A stretch of DNA of 45,520 nt, from positions 1 through 45,520 of IMG/VR virus record IMGVR_UViG_3300037308_000023; one strand, given 5' to 3'. This document shows positions 16,845-27,085 of this stretch, piece by piece. The position numbers and the translations under genes are program-made. This DNA comes from a virus. Its lineage: Duplodnaviria > Caudoviricetes. Numbering within the stretch: position 1 is the stretch's first letter; the number at the start of each line of letters is the position of its first letter. The notes under the pieces are model-generated. The model was not told the DNA's origin, searched no databases, and saw only the letters and a program-made list of their open reading frames with translations.

Positions 16845-19800
16845 TTATTTATCTGACCTCTTTCTGGCAATAAGATCCATTAAATCATCGCTTATGACAT
16901 CTCCAGCTGCAGAGACTATAGAAAACTCCTCCCACAGTTTATCTTTTTCTCTATCACTAGCTTTATTCAATCTATCTATAAACACTTCTGCTTTAGCTTC
17001 ATTAGGTAATCCTTTCATCCTCCTCCAGAAAGACTTCTCAGGTAAACTTTTAATTGACTCTTCCCATTCAAGTCTTTCATACAATCTATCAAACTTATCT
17101 ACATCATTAAAAGACTTCGCATATTTAATTACTTCTTCCCTCGACACCTTCCCACTACCATACAGATATGCTTCAACTAACATATCCATATTTCTATTCT
17201 CGACGAATCTATCTAATACAGCATCCTCTTCAGCCTTTTCAATTTTACTAGAATGTCTAGAATAAGGATTAGTTACACCTATAAATCTCTTAAATCCAGG
17301 AAACTTCGACATAGCCATAGCTATATGCTGCTCTTTCTTATCCTTTGTAAGATCACCAAAAGCTGCATCGTAACCTTGGTTAAGTAAGTAAGACCAAATA
17401 GTTCCGTTAGTTACAAGTTCCTCAACTGCATACTTGGTCCTCTCAGGACTCAACCCTGTAGCCTTTCCAAGATCTATGTAAGCCTGTGGAGTTTTAGATG
17501 TATATTCCTCTGAACTGTCAGGCCAGCTTAGTGGCTTAGAAGTCTGCTTCCAAATATCTTCATTTAGCCAAAAGTCTTTATTAGCTAAATACCCGAGTGT
17601 TGCGCTGACAGTAGGTGGTAACTGACTAATCCCTACAGGACTCTGATCTTTCAAAGTACTAACAATCCTATCAGTATCAACTTCCTTCCCTAACCACTTA
17701 TCTGTAGCTCCTTCAAATAAAGTTTTAAAGAACTTCTGTCCAGGGTCCATAGGGATTTTAAAGTAGACATACCTATCATTTCCTTGGTCATCTACAAAGC
17801 CAAAATCATCACCGAGTGGGATAACAAGATTACCTTCTGTATTCTTATCTCCTTGTAGTGCATTCATAGTTTTAGGTGCCATAGCATTAGAAGCTATATA
17901 AGTCCCAACTACTACACTTGCTAACTGACCTAGCTTAAATGTAGATGAGAGTGCCATCCCACTTCCAGGCTTGAACGATCTAAATAATCCTCTTGATCCC
18001 TGAATAGCTGCATTTAAGTAAGGTAATGCATTGTCAGCTGCTTTACTAATCCCTCCACCCTGGCCAAAGTCCATATAATCTCTAGCGACAAATGTAGCCT
18101 CTCTGGTAATATCTTTGTCTTTTCTAGCCTCCTCTACAGAAATACCACGCTTATTAGCCTCTTTCCTAATAACCCTCTCTCTAATAGCTAATCTAGTCAG
18201 TATCTCTCCAGTTTCACCAAAGTATCCCATGAAATCTAATATATCATTAATCTTACTATCTATATGCCTTCCTCTCTGTAATAATCTACCTTGATGGACT
18301 AAGAATTCCATTCCTCCACCTTCATCAATATACTCATTATATCTTCCTTTCTTAGTAGCTGCATCTGAAAATACAGTAGCTAAATCTCTTCCAATCTGCA
18401 TTGAGTATAAAGGTGCAACTGGACTATATAACGACTCCCACTTACCATTTTCAAATCTTCTAGCTGTGAACCAAGCATGCATAATGTCTCTAGGAACATT
18501 AGCAATTGCAAAACCCCAGTTAATCCCAGTAGCAAATGTTCTAAGTACTGGAGACCCACTTGCCCATCTAAGCACTTGACCCATTTTATAACTAATCTCC
18601 GGGGAGTTAACAATCCACTCCCTTCCCATATCCGGAGATATCCACATAGATCTTCTCTTTCCCTTATCAAACACAAATACTCTATGCCATCCACTAGGAA
18701 TCATATCATCAGCACTTCGCTGACTTTTCGGTTTATCACTCCTAACTCTTACAAAGGGATTAGTAGGATCAGTCTCAGCTAAGTTTAAAAGTGCTCTATT
18801 AGCTTCATTATTTAAGATTCTACCATATGATCTATTAAATACTTCCAATGCCATAACTTCCGACGAAGGCTCATAGATATCAGTATCTCTACCCTTTGCT
18901 AGTGATTCAATACCTGAATCATATACAGTTCTACGTTTATCTCCAAGTTTAGTCCCATATCTTTTATCAAATATATCTACTAACTTAATCCTTCTATAAT
19001 TATGTGCAACTAAATCATCATACTCAGTTTGGGAAATAAGCCCTGCATTCATCATATCACTAAGAGGCTTCTTCATCCACTCAAAGTATGCAGCTGCTCT
19101 AGAGTCTAACTTTCTAACCTGTGCCGGTGTAAGTTTTTCTAAATCTCCAAACATAGCTCTATGAGCTATAAAATCCTTTACAGTTAATCCTTTTGGAAAT
19201 GTAAACTCTTTCTCTGATTTATACTTAGCTATATCAATCATTCTATCATCAAGAATGATATCATCTAATATCTTTTTCTCTCTTCGACTAAGTCCACTAT
19301 ACACCTCAGATCTCATCTGCTTTAATTCCTTAGATGCCCTTGCAGATGCACCTTTAGCTAATACTAAACGCTGTATAATATTATATCCTTCCTCACCAAG
19401 ATTCTCTAACATACTCTCTTTTATATTCCCAGATCTATCAATTACAGATCTAACAAATTCTCTTCTAGATCTCTCATAAGCCTCATCTAATCTAAGTTTC
19501 TTCATCCCTCTTGCTTCAGATGTATATCTAGCTACCCTTCTAGCTCCTTCTACTATAGCTTTACCAGCTGCTTCAATCTCACCACCAGTGTATAGCTTGA
19601 ATCCAGGGCCAACTCTTCCAGCTTCACCCACCAGCATTCTATCTAATGAGACCCATGGAGGTTCTAGAGATCTTCTACTCTTAGACATTAATAGTCTATA
19701 AGAAGCCAACCTAGACTCCATCTCACCAGGATCTTCTCTATACATATCAAATCCCTGACTAGACATCTGATCTATAAACTTATCTACAGTTCCCCATACT

Positions 19801-22800
19801 GATGATATAGGTTTAGATATTTTATAAAGTGCTTGTCTATCTGTCTGGCCACTTGTAACTAGATCATTTATAACTTTATTTATATCAGCTTTAATCTTAT
19901 GATCCTTCTCAACTTTGGATAGATTATAAAGTGTCTTAACAACCAATGACTTTATATTGAAAGCTAAGTTACTACCTAAAAAATTAGACCCTACATAATT
20001 ATTAACAGCATGTTGAACTTCATGTATCATAACTTCTGGGCGAAAGTCCTTCAGAAATATAATACCAGTATCGCTATCAAAGCATCCATTACAATCTAAT
20101 TTTCTATCATACTTCACCAATATATTTTCTAATCTAGGTACGACTTTATATAACTTATCGCTATACATTAAATTCTTTAATTGAGCCACTCCTTCTCCAA
20201 CATTTTTATAGCTATCCTCAACATACTTAGGAATCTCAATCTTTATATCAGCAGGATCTATTTCAAATCTCCACTTTCCATCTCTACCAATCCAAAATCC
20301 AGTCGATCTCCAAAGTCTTTCATTTCTGGAGAGATCCATAAACTTAAACTTAGTCTGTCCAGGGAATAAATACTTAATTGCAGATTTGACAGTATCAGGT
20401 ATCTTATCTAAAGGAACCATCATATTAAGACCTGACCCACCTAATCCACCACCCGGTCTTTGTACATTTCTTGCCCATTTAGATGCACCATTAACTACAT
20501 CCATGAATCTCATGTGATCTATGCCAGTATTAAAGAATTCCCTTAATTCATTAGATCTACTAGACATATCACTAAGTGAATTTCTAATCTTACTAATATC
20601 AACCTCTTCTCCCTGTACCCATCTTCTTACATCATTAATAAGCTTCTGTACATAAAGCTCAGGATCACTCATAACAGACTTAATACGTTCTTCAAATAGC
20701 TGATGTAGCCTACTAACATCTTCTGGAGACTTCATAAAACTACTATCTAAATCATCCCTTAGAACTGCATTCCCAGTTGATTCATCAACTTCATTAATAG
20801 GCTCTACTTTATCCTTACCTTCTCCAAAGTAGTCTATCTCCCTCTCCCTCTCCTTTAACTTAATCTCCCTAGTATCTCGAAATTTTAAAGTGGATTCATC
20901 TTCTATATCCTCCAATATCGAGTCAAGAGCTCTAATCTGCTGAGGTGTTAAAGTCTCATCGGACTCGTCAAGTTCTTTAAATTTTTTAATTGACTCATCG
21001 GATGCAGCTTTCTTCTCCTTAGCTTTAGTCCAAATCTCGGCTTCCTTCTCTAATCTACTAACTATATCCTTAAGATTAGCCTTAACACTAAAGGATCCAC
21101 CAGCAGCTGGATGATCACCTAATACCGTGATCTGCGCCATTCCAGAAGGTAACATACTACCTTCTTCACCAAGAGCATCTACAGATACCTTACCCTTTAA
21201 TTCAGGTACTGAGTCTACAAGAACTTGGAGATCCTCAACACTATTAATAGGAGTTGTATCTACTTTCTCTTTCTTGGATAGAGGTTCTTCAATCTTTGGT
21301 TGTTTAACCTCTATAGTTTCCCCTTCCTTCTTCCTATCATCTCTCTGTTTATTAATCTTAACCTGTTCTTTCTTAATCAACCTAACAGGCTTTTGTACAT
21401 AATCTTCAGCCATCTCAGGTCTAGACACATCAACTGGTCTAATTCTTGCCTTAGCTAGTCCTTCTTCCATCATAGCATAATCATGAAGTAGTTCTATATC
21501 ACCACCTATCTTCTTTACAAACTGATCATATTTATTCCTAAGCCTAGTTCTCTCAACATTTAGAGTCTCAGCTTCTACCTTTGCCTGTATATCAGATGGA
21601 GCATTACCAGCTACAGTCTCGATCTTCTTAATATTCTCATAACTCTTATTAATATCTTCAAGATCTTTAATAACATCATTAGCTCTAGATTTTGGTAAGC
21701 CTCTATATAAAAAAGCCGCATCAAGTAATATATCGAATACTACATCACCTAATCTACGGTCAGTAAATGGATTACCTCCAACTTCAGCTGCTCTATATGC
21801 ATTAAGCCCTATAAGTCCAGCAACTATCCTCGCACCTTTCTCCATTCCTTCTTTAGGAAATATACCTCTAGCAGCCCCAAATATAGATCCAACTGCAGCA
21901 CCACTAAGTGCAGATCCACCTAATGATCCAGCCATCTGAGTAAATGTAGTCTTCTCCAAAGCTTCACCAGTACCAGATATTCCAATACCAGTTCCCATAA
22001 TAATAGAATCATGCAGAGCTTCTTTAAGAATCCTACCAGCTATAGCTCCCTCCTGTGTAGCTTTTGGTATATATCTAATAATAGGCGCAGCTGCAGCTTG
22101 GCCAATCTTAAATGGACCTAGCATCATCCCACCTAATGATCCGAGTGCATGCCCTACATGGCCAGCAGTACTTGAAGCTTCAAAATCTATCTCTCCAGTC
22201 ATTTCCTTTTTAATAGCTGGAACAATACCTAACGAAGCTGCATTGACAAAGGAACTAGCAGCCTGTTCAATAAACTCTGGCGATTGTCTATACTGATTAA
22301 GTGGAACTCCTGCTTCCTTAGCCATAATCTGGACTACAGATTGGGCCTTAGCAGCTTCTGATAATTTAGACTCAGATTCTCTCCCTATCATCTCTCCAAT
22401 ACTCTTCAAAGCTCTTCTAATAAAACTAGGCTTAGATTTATCAGATGAGATAGTTAATTCATTACCCCAGGGAGCTGGTCTAGCATCGCTATCATTCTTT
22501 CCTTCCTTATAATAAGGTTGTCCTTTCTCATCATAAGGCATACCAAACTCATCAAATCCTCCAGGAGGGGGAGTCTTAATATGTAATCCAGCTTTTATAG
22601 CCATTGCTGGATTATATAGTGTAGGATATAGGCCCTGATTTGAATATAGTCTCTTTGCCGCTTCAAATCCGGGCCCTTTATCCTCAGATTTAGCTACTGG
22701 CATTAATTCTGGCTCTGGCTTAGGTGCCTGTAGATTAGTCATTAACTGTCTAGCCATAGATCCTTCAGTCAAGTTAGCAACAGCACCTTCTTTATCTTTA

Positions 22801-22874
22801 ACCTCAGTACTATTCTGAGATAAAGATTGCATCAACTGACTAGCCATCGAGCCTTCTTTCAAATTAGTTGCCAT
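16845..22874 (-). CDS. Large internal virion / DNA ejection polyvalent protein (LPD23-like, HExxH zincin-like and LPD38-like regions)
   Basis: 2009 aa, last gene of the virion arm; TGFWIGRDGKWRFEI, HEVQHAV, GEMESR, LPYLNAAIQG, YFKIPMD. Confidence 0.75.
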   Translation of the reverse strand: MATNLKEGSMASQLMQSLSQNSTEVKDKEGAVANLTEGSMARQLMTNLQAPKPEPELMPVAKSEDKGPGFEAAKRLYSNQGLYPTLYNPAMAIKAGLHIKTPPPGGFDEFGMPYDEKGQPYYKEGKNDSDARPAPWGNELTISSDKSKPSFIRRALKSIGEMIGRESESKLSEAAKAQSVVQIMAKEAGVPLNQYRQSPEFIEQAASSFVNAASLGIVPAIKKEMTGEIDFEASSTAGHVGHALGSLGGMMLGPFKIGQAAAAPIIRYIPKATQEGAIAGRILKEALHDSIIMGTGIGISGTGEALEKTTFTQMAGSLGGSALSGAAVGSIFGAARGIFPKEGMEKGARIVAGLIGLNAYRAAEVGGNPFTDRRLGDVVFDILLDAAFLYRGLPKSRANDVIKDLEDINKSYENIKKIETVAGNAPSDIQAKVEAETLNVERTRLRNKYDQFVKKIGGDIELLHDYAMMEEGLAKARIRPVDVSRPEMAEDYVQKPVRLIKKEQVKINKQRDDRKKEGETIEVKQPKIEEPLSKKEKVDTTPINSVEDLQVLVDSVPELKGKVSVDALGEEGSMLPSGMAQITVLGDHPAAGGSFSVKANLKDIVSRLEKEAEIWTKAKEKKAASDESIKKFKELDESDETLTPQQIRALDSILEDIEDESTLKFRDTREIKLKEREREIDYFGEGKDKVEPINEVDESTGNAVLRDDLDSSFMKSPEDVSRLHQLFEERIKSVMSDPELYVQKLINDVRRWVQGEEVDISKIRNSLSDMSSRSNELREFFNTGIDHMRFMDVVNGASKWARNVQRPGGGLGGSGLNMMVPLDKIPDTVKSAIKYLFPGQTKFKFMDLSRNERLWRSTGFWIGRDGKWRFEIDPADIKIEIPKYVEDSYKNVGEGVAQLKNLMYSDKLYKVVPRLENILVKYDRKLDCNGCFDSDTGIIFLKDFRPEVMIHEVQHAVNNYVGSNFLGSNLAFNIKSLVVKTLYNLSKVEKDHKIKADINKVINDLVTSGQTDRQALYKISKPISSVWGTVDKFIDQMSSQGFDMYREDPGEMESRLASYRLLMSKSRRSLEPPWVSLDRMLVGEAGRVGPGFKLYTGGEIEAAGKAIVEGARRVARYTSEARGMKKLRLDEAYERSRREFVRSVIDRSGNIKESMLENLGEEGYNIIQRLVLAKGASARASKELKQMRSEVYSGLSRREKKILDDIILDDRMIDIAKYKSEKEFTFPKGLTVKDFIAHRAMFGDLEKLTPAQVRKLDSRAAAYFEWMKKPLSDMMNAGLISQTEYDDLVAHNYRRIKLVDIFDKRYGTKLGDKRRTVYDSGIESLAKGRDTDIYEPSSEVMALEVFNRSYGRILNNEANRALLNLAETDPTNPFVRVRSDKPKSQRSADDMIPSGWHRVFVFDKGKRRSMWISPDMGREWIVNSPEISYKMGQVLRWASGSPVLRTFATGINWGFAIANVPRDIMHAWFTARRFENGKWESLYSPVAPLYSMQIGRDLATVFSDAATKKGRYNEYIDEGGGMEFLVHQGRLLQRGRHIDSKINDILDFMGYFGETGEILTRLAIRERVIRKEANKRGISVEEARKDKDITREATFVARDYMDFGQGGGISKAADNALPYLNAAIQGSRGLFRSFKPGSGMALSSTFKLGQLASVVVGTYIASNAMAPKTMNALQGDKNTEGNLVIPLGDDFGFVDDQGNDRYVYFKIPMDPGQKFFKTLFEGATDKWLGKEVDTDRIVSTLKDQSPVGISQLPPTVSATLGYLANKDFWLNEDIWKQTSKPLSWPDSSEEYTSKTPQAYIDLGKATGLSPERTKYAVEELVTNGTIWSYLLNQGYDAAFGDLTKDKKEQHIAMAMSKFPGFKRFIGVTNPYSRHSSKIEKAEEDAVLDRFVENRNMDMLVEAYLYGSGKVSREEVIKYAKSFNDVDKFDRLYERLEWEESIKSLPEKSFWRRMKGLPNEAKAEVFIDRLNKASDREKDKLWEEFSIVSAAGDVISDDLMDLIARKRSDK
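20972..20994. repeat. Dispersed 23-bp palindrome, copy 11 (intragenic)
   Basis: GTTCT TTAAA TTT TTTAA TTGAC inside the 2009 aa gene. Confidence 0.85.
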
Positions 22875-24015
22875 ATCTAATTTCCTTTACTGTCCCATCT
22901 GGGAATTTGACCTTCCAAATTAGATCTCTACCTTCAACTCTACGTTCTAGAACTTGAGCCCCACCCTGTTTAAACTTCTGCTCATAGAACTTCTCAGCCT
23001 CTTCAGCTTTAGCACCCACATACTCATTACTCTTAGGATCATATTTAAGAAGATTCTGTCTAACACCTCTGGTTTCGAGATGCTTACCAAAGTCAGCTCC
23101 TATTCCAGATGCAGGATCTGTAAAGTATCTACTATCCTTCACATCTTGTAAGACCTGAGCTAGCTCTTTCTTACCCTCTACATTAACAGTCACATTACTT
23201 CTACCAGCACTAGCAAGCTTAAGCTTCCAGTCAAGATAAGATCCTTTATAACCCTGTGATACAGCCTTATTATAATCCTCAATCCCAGCAGATGAAGAAG
23301 TATTTTTAAACTCTGTAAAGGTGCCAGTATATCCATTCCTAACTGCATACTCATATTCTTTAATACCAGCAGTCTTCTCATCACCTTTAGCTATAGCTCT
23401 CATTGTATCTAACTCTAACTTCCTAAGAGCAAGCCTTTCTCTAACTTCATCAAGCTGATTCCTACGATCCATCTCATCTTGAGTAGTCTTAAAATGTAAC
23501 GCCTGGGATATATCCTGAGTCGTCAGCCCTGCTAGGTCGGCGGCACTAATATTACCTAGAGGACTAGAGGAAGGGTTTGGTGTATCTGCAGCTCCACCTA
23601 ATAGTGCACTCATAATACTAGTACTCTGAGATTGAACTGGCTGTTGAGTTGGCTGACTCTGAGTCGGAGGCTGCTCAGATCCAATCTGAAAAAGATTTTT
23701 AGGTGCGGACATAGTTGCACCAACCGGATCTGAAGCCTGCTGATTCTGCCCAAAAGCCCCAACTGGAGCTTTGATAGTAACATTCTGCGAATCAGCCTGA
23801 ATCTTACCTCCACCGGCCAGTAGTTTCTGTAGCATCTTTACATAATTCTGATTCTGAATCTGCTGACTAGTAACCTTACCAACAGCAGCTCCAATAGGTC
23901 TACCTGCACCAATATCTTCACCAGCTGCAGCTAGATACTGTGCAATCATAGGCCAGTTACCCTGTAGAAACCCAGAATTCTGAGTCTGAGTTTGGTCATT
24001 AGAATCTTGATTCAT
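22864..24015 (-). CDS. Putative internal virion (ejection) protein
   Basis: 383 aa, Q/A/G-rich, duplicated AGI..Y..AV..GY.G motif, lies before the large ejection gene. Confidence 0.6.
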   Translation of the reverse strand: MNQDSNDQTQTQNSGFLQGNWPMIAQYLAAAGEDIGAGRPIGAAVGKVTSQQIQNQNYVKMLQKLLAGGGKIQADSQNVTIKAPVGAFGQNQQASDPVGATMSAPKNLFQIGSEQPPTQSQPTQQPVQSQSTSIMSALLGGAADTPNPSSSPLGNISAADLAGLTTQDISQALHFKTTQDEMDRRNQLDEVRERLALRKLELDTMRAIAKGDEKTAGIKEYEYAVRNGYTGTFTEFKNTSSSAGIEDYNKAVSQGYKGSYLDWKLKLASAGRSNVTVNVEGKKELAQVLQDVKDSRYFTDPASGIGADFGKHLETRGVRQNLLKYDPKSNEYVGAKAEEAEKFYEQKFKQGGAQVLERRVEGRDLIWKVKFPDGTVKEIRYGN

Positions 24016-24031
24016 CTTAAACCTCCAATGA

Positions 24032-24054
24032 GTGCATTAAATTTTTTAATTGTC
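24032..24054. repeat. Dispersed 23-bp palindrome, copy 12
   Basis: GTGCA TTAAA TTT TTTAA TTGTC; abuts the stop at 24055. Confidence 0.9.
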
Positions 24055-24930
24055 TTATAAAAATGAACTAGCTAATCCAAGAATTCCACCTACTACAGCT
24101 CCAATTGCAGTACCATATCCAGGAGCTACTGAAGATCCTATCATTGCTCCAGTTGCAGCACCGCCTAATGCTCCACCAATAGCTTTCTGACCCTGCGAAG
24201 CTCCACCACCGGCATCTGTCTTAGTAGACATAGCACCCTGTAATGCACCTAGACAAGCTCTTTCATAATCAAGTACTGTGAATGGCCAGAGTCTATCCTT
24301 AGATACCATATCTACATTATGACTATTAATATCCATAGCTACAGAAAAATAAAGCTTTATGATCTCTGCATAGTTCATCACTACAGCTTTATTCCACTCT
24401 AAATGCATCTGCCATCTCTGACCAGCTGCCTGAATCATAGCAGCACGGAGTCCTGCATCATACTTTGATATAGCCTTAACCCTAGCACTTTCTATCACAG
24501 ATCTACCTATGATAAAGGAGGATGACATTACAGAGTTAATATCCCTAAGACCAGTTACAAATCTAGGGTCTGCATTCTGGATAATATCATCTTCTAGCTC
24601 AGATGCATGTGCAGAGACTAGATTATTAATAGCCACATTCTCCACACTATCATTTAATATCTGAGTATAAAGTGCCTCTACATCTAACCCAGCTACGAAC
24701 TTCCCATACATATCATATAGTGATGGAAAACTACTAATCGCGTATCCTACACCAAAGAAAGCATCTGCGTATTCTATCTGATCATAGCTGCTATAAGGAG
24801 AGAGTGGAATTATAGCCACCCTGTAAGCCTGAGCAGCTTCCAAAAAATTACTATGCTTTGATTCTACATATCCAGCATATCTGATAGTGGTTTCAGTATC
24901 TCCATCACCACTTCCACCGCCACCTCCCAT
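24055..24930 (-). CDS. Putative internal virion / pilot protein with C-terminal glycine zipper
   Basis: MGGGGGSG N-terminus; GGALGGAATGAMIG...GTAIGAVVGGILG C-terminus. Confidence 0.65.
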   Translation of the reverse strand: MGGGGGSGDGDTETTIRYAGYVESKHSNFLEAAQAYRVAIIPLSPYSSYDQIEYADAFFGVGYAISSFPSLYDMYGKFVAGLDVEALYTQILNDSVENVAINNLVSAHASELEDDIIQNADPRFVTGLRDINSVMSSSFIIGRSVIESARVKAISKYDAGLRAAMIQAAGQRWQMHLEWNKAVVMNYAEIIKLYFSVAMDINSHNVDMVSKDRLWPFTVLDYERACLGALQGAMSTKTDAGGGASQGQKAIGGALGGAATGAMIGSSVAPGYGTAIGAVVGGILGLASSFL

Positions 24931-25370
24931 TATACACCTCCTATACTAATATAATACATTCTAAGCCTCTCACTCATACCCATAGCTTTAAACAATGATA
25001 TAGCTTTCTCATTATTAGACCAAGTGGTAATACTTCTACAATCATTAGCTTTTGCCCATCTAACTAAATCTTCATAATCACTTTTCCACACCTCTATTGG
25101 AGCTTTAGCAAATGAATAAAGAGAGTAACAGAACAAAGTTTTCTCATCATTAACTGAATCAACATTTATAGTTGTTAATCCAAGCATCTGTAATCTTCTA
25201 TCATTATCCAATCTCACAAAACACTGAGCTTTAGCACTAAGTAAGCTATACAATAATCTATTTAAATATCTGTCCCATTTCTCTGGCTTAAGCAATTCTG
25301 CTCTGACCACTGCAAACTTAATACTATCCCAAAAGCTAGGTATCTGATCAGGTAGTAACATTATAGCCAT
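24930..25370 (-). CDS. Hypothetical protein, possible GNAT-fold virion assembly factor
   Basis: WAKANDCRSI...LFKAMGM pattern; lies between tail and ejection genes; start likely ATG 25370. Confidence 0.55.
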   Translation of the reverse strand: MAIMLLPDQIPSFWDSIKFAVVRAELLKPEKWDRYLNRLLYSLLSAKAQCFVRLDNDRRLQMLGLTTINVDSVNDEKTLFCYSLYSFAKAPIEVWKSDYEDLVRWAKANDCRSITTWSNNEKAISLFKAMGMSERLRMYYISIGGV

Positions 25371-25382
25371 ATTGATCCCCAA

Positions 25383-25405
25383 GACAGTTAAAAAATTTAA
25401 TAACC
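25383..25405. repeat. Dispersed 23-bp palindrome, copy 13
   Basis: GACAG TTAAA AAA TTTAA TAACC; contains the stop at 25397-25399. Confidence 0.88.
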
Positions 25406-26611
25406 TTCAATTCTTTGAGTATCAGACCAAGAGAATCTATGGATGTGACCTCTTACTTTCATATAATCTATTTCAAAATACTCATATACAGTTGATCTTA
25501 TTCTAAACCTAAACTCAGTTCCATAACACTTAGGCCATGCTTTACCTTCTGGATTGACTAAGAACCACCCTATCTGTCTAAAATCATCCTTATAATGTAG
25601 CCTATAATCAACTGATACATATAGAAAGTCTGTAAGGTTAGTTCCAACTTCGACAGATTGGATAGTCTTAGGCTTTCTAGTACCAAAGTCATAAATGTCT
25701 GTACATATATCTAATCTCGGTGTAACTATTTCACCAGCGCTTGCTACATATAAGATATTATTCCTAGCACCAAGTCCAGTTATATTCTCACTACATTCGC
25801 CCATACTCTTTGATGTTGGACTATATACATAACCACTAGACCCATCACATATATATAGTAAATTCTTCTCAGGATCATAGGTTAATATAATAGTTCCCAT
25901 ATTAGCTAAATATTCTGCATAGTCTAACTTAGTTAAAGTCTCATCTAACTGGAACAACTCACCCAGAGTATTTACAAAGAAGTGCCTCATATCACTCCCT
26001 GCAAATGCACCCTTATTTTTTAATCCTATTCGCTGAATAGTATCCATTCCCCAGTGGATTCCACTAGGTTTCATCAGCGTAACTCCATTCTCACCATATA
26101 TTGCAACTTTATCACCTAGCTTCCTAATATGATAAATACAGCCAGCCCAATCCATAGGACGTTCACCAGCTATATTACTATCATCTATATCAAAGTTAAA
26201 ATATCCAATCTTACCCCATCTTACTACATTACATCTACCGAGCTGAAGAGTAACAGCTCCTCCAGCTGGTTCTATAATAGCTATCTCCAACGGATCTACA
26301 TTAATGACTTTGCCTACGTCAGTTCCACCACTTAGAATACTAACAGTTAATCCTACAGAAGTAGGCGCTAAGCCAAGATCTAGTACATGTCCTACTATCC
26401 CAAGATCAATCTCAATAGGGTCAAACTGAGCTGATTGAGATGAGCCTGCGTTATATGGCATAGGTGGATTATAATGCAGCACACTGTAGTATGAAATACT
26501 TAGATTAATAGGATCTGGATCAATCTCTAATGGCGCAGGAGTAGGTGGGGGTGCAGTAGTAGGACCCAAAGTAGTAGGACTTAAAGTAGTCGGCAGAGCT
26601 GTTGTTGACAT
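25397..26611 (-). CDS. Putative tail nozzle / stabilisation protein (C-terminal part) with N-terminal PTT repeats
   Basis: Beta-rich aromatic sequence, TDIYDFG..KPKTI..V and FRFRI C-terminal pattern; starts MSTTALPTTLSPTTLGPTT. Confidence 0.55.
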   Translation of the reverse strand: MSTTALPTTLSPTTLGPTTAPPPTPAPLEIDPDPINLSISYYSVLHYNPPMPYNAGSSQSAQFDPIEIDLGIVGHVLDLGLAPTSVGLTVSILSGGTDVGKVINVDPLEIAIIEPAGGAVTLQLGRCNVVRWGKIGYFNFDIDDSNIAGERPMDWAGCIYHIRKLGDKVAIYGENGVTLMKPSGIHWGMDTIQRIGLKNKGAFAGSDMRHFFVNTLGELFQLDETLTKLDYAEYLANMGTIILTYDPEKNLLYICDGSSGYVYSPTSKSMGECSENITGLGARNNILYVASAGEIVTPRLDICTDIYDFGTRKPKTIQSVEVGTNLTDFLYVSVDYRLHYKDDFRQIGWFLVNPEGKAWPKCYGTEFRFRIRSTVYEYFEIDYMKVRGHIHRFSWSDTQRIEGY

Positions 26612-26620
26612 CTCAATCTC

Positions 26621-27046
26621 CTATGAGATTCTAATCTCAGGTGCTATAATAGTAACAGTTCCACCATCCGGCTGAGTTTGGTCTCCATTAAAGTCAATAT
26701 ATCCAACAATTGGATCACTTGCTACAGTATCATCATAGATAATAGCACCACTAGCTGGACCAATAGCTCCACCACTAGCTGTCCAAGTAACATTACTCCA
26801 GACTATCTCACATCTATCATCTACATCATCCTCAGTTACAGCAACGCCTGATAGAGTCTTGGAGCCCTGTGTATAGCCATTAGCAGTAGCAAGCTCATTC
26901 CCAGACACATCAGCATATTCTTCATGTACATCTTTATCAAATACAAAGCCTGTCTGCATAAGGATAATTTTGAAAGAGTCACCTGAGAAATCAATAGCGC
27001 CAGTAGCTAACAAATACTTAATGTGATTAGGAGCTGCATTAGCCAT
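26621..27046 (-). CDS. Putative virion structural protein
   Basis: IDFSGDSFKIILM, NGYTQG, VTWTASGG, YIDF; start at 27046 after GGAGGT. Confidence 0.6.
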   Translation of the reverse strand: MANAAPNHIKYLLATGAIDFSGDSFKIILMQTGFVFDKDVHEEYADVSGNELATANGYTQGSKTLSGVAVTEDDVDDRCEIVWSNVTWTASGGAIGPASGAIIYDDTVASDPIVGYIDFNGDQTQPDGGTVTIIAPEIRIS

Positions 27047-27062
27047 CTTTCTTACCTCCAAA

Positions 27063-27085
27063 GTGGGTTAAATTTTTTAATCAAC
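27063..27085. repeat. Dispersed 23-bp palindrome, copy 14
   Basis: GTGGG TTAAA TTT TTTAA TCAAC; abuts the stop at 27086. Confidence 0.9.

Noticed and set aside
20163-20185. Possible 25th palindrome ATACA TTAAA TTC TTTAA TTGAG
   Set aside because: It has a C in the centre and lacks the outer G and C. It could be chance within a coding region.
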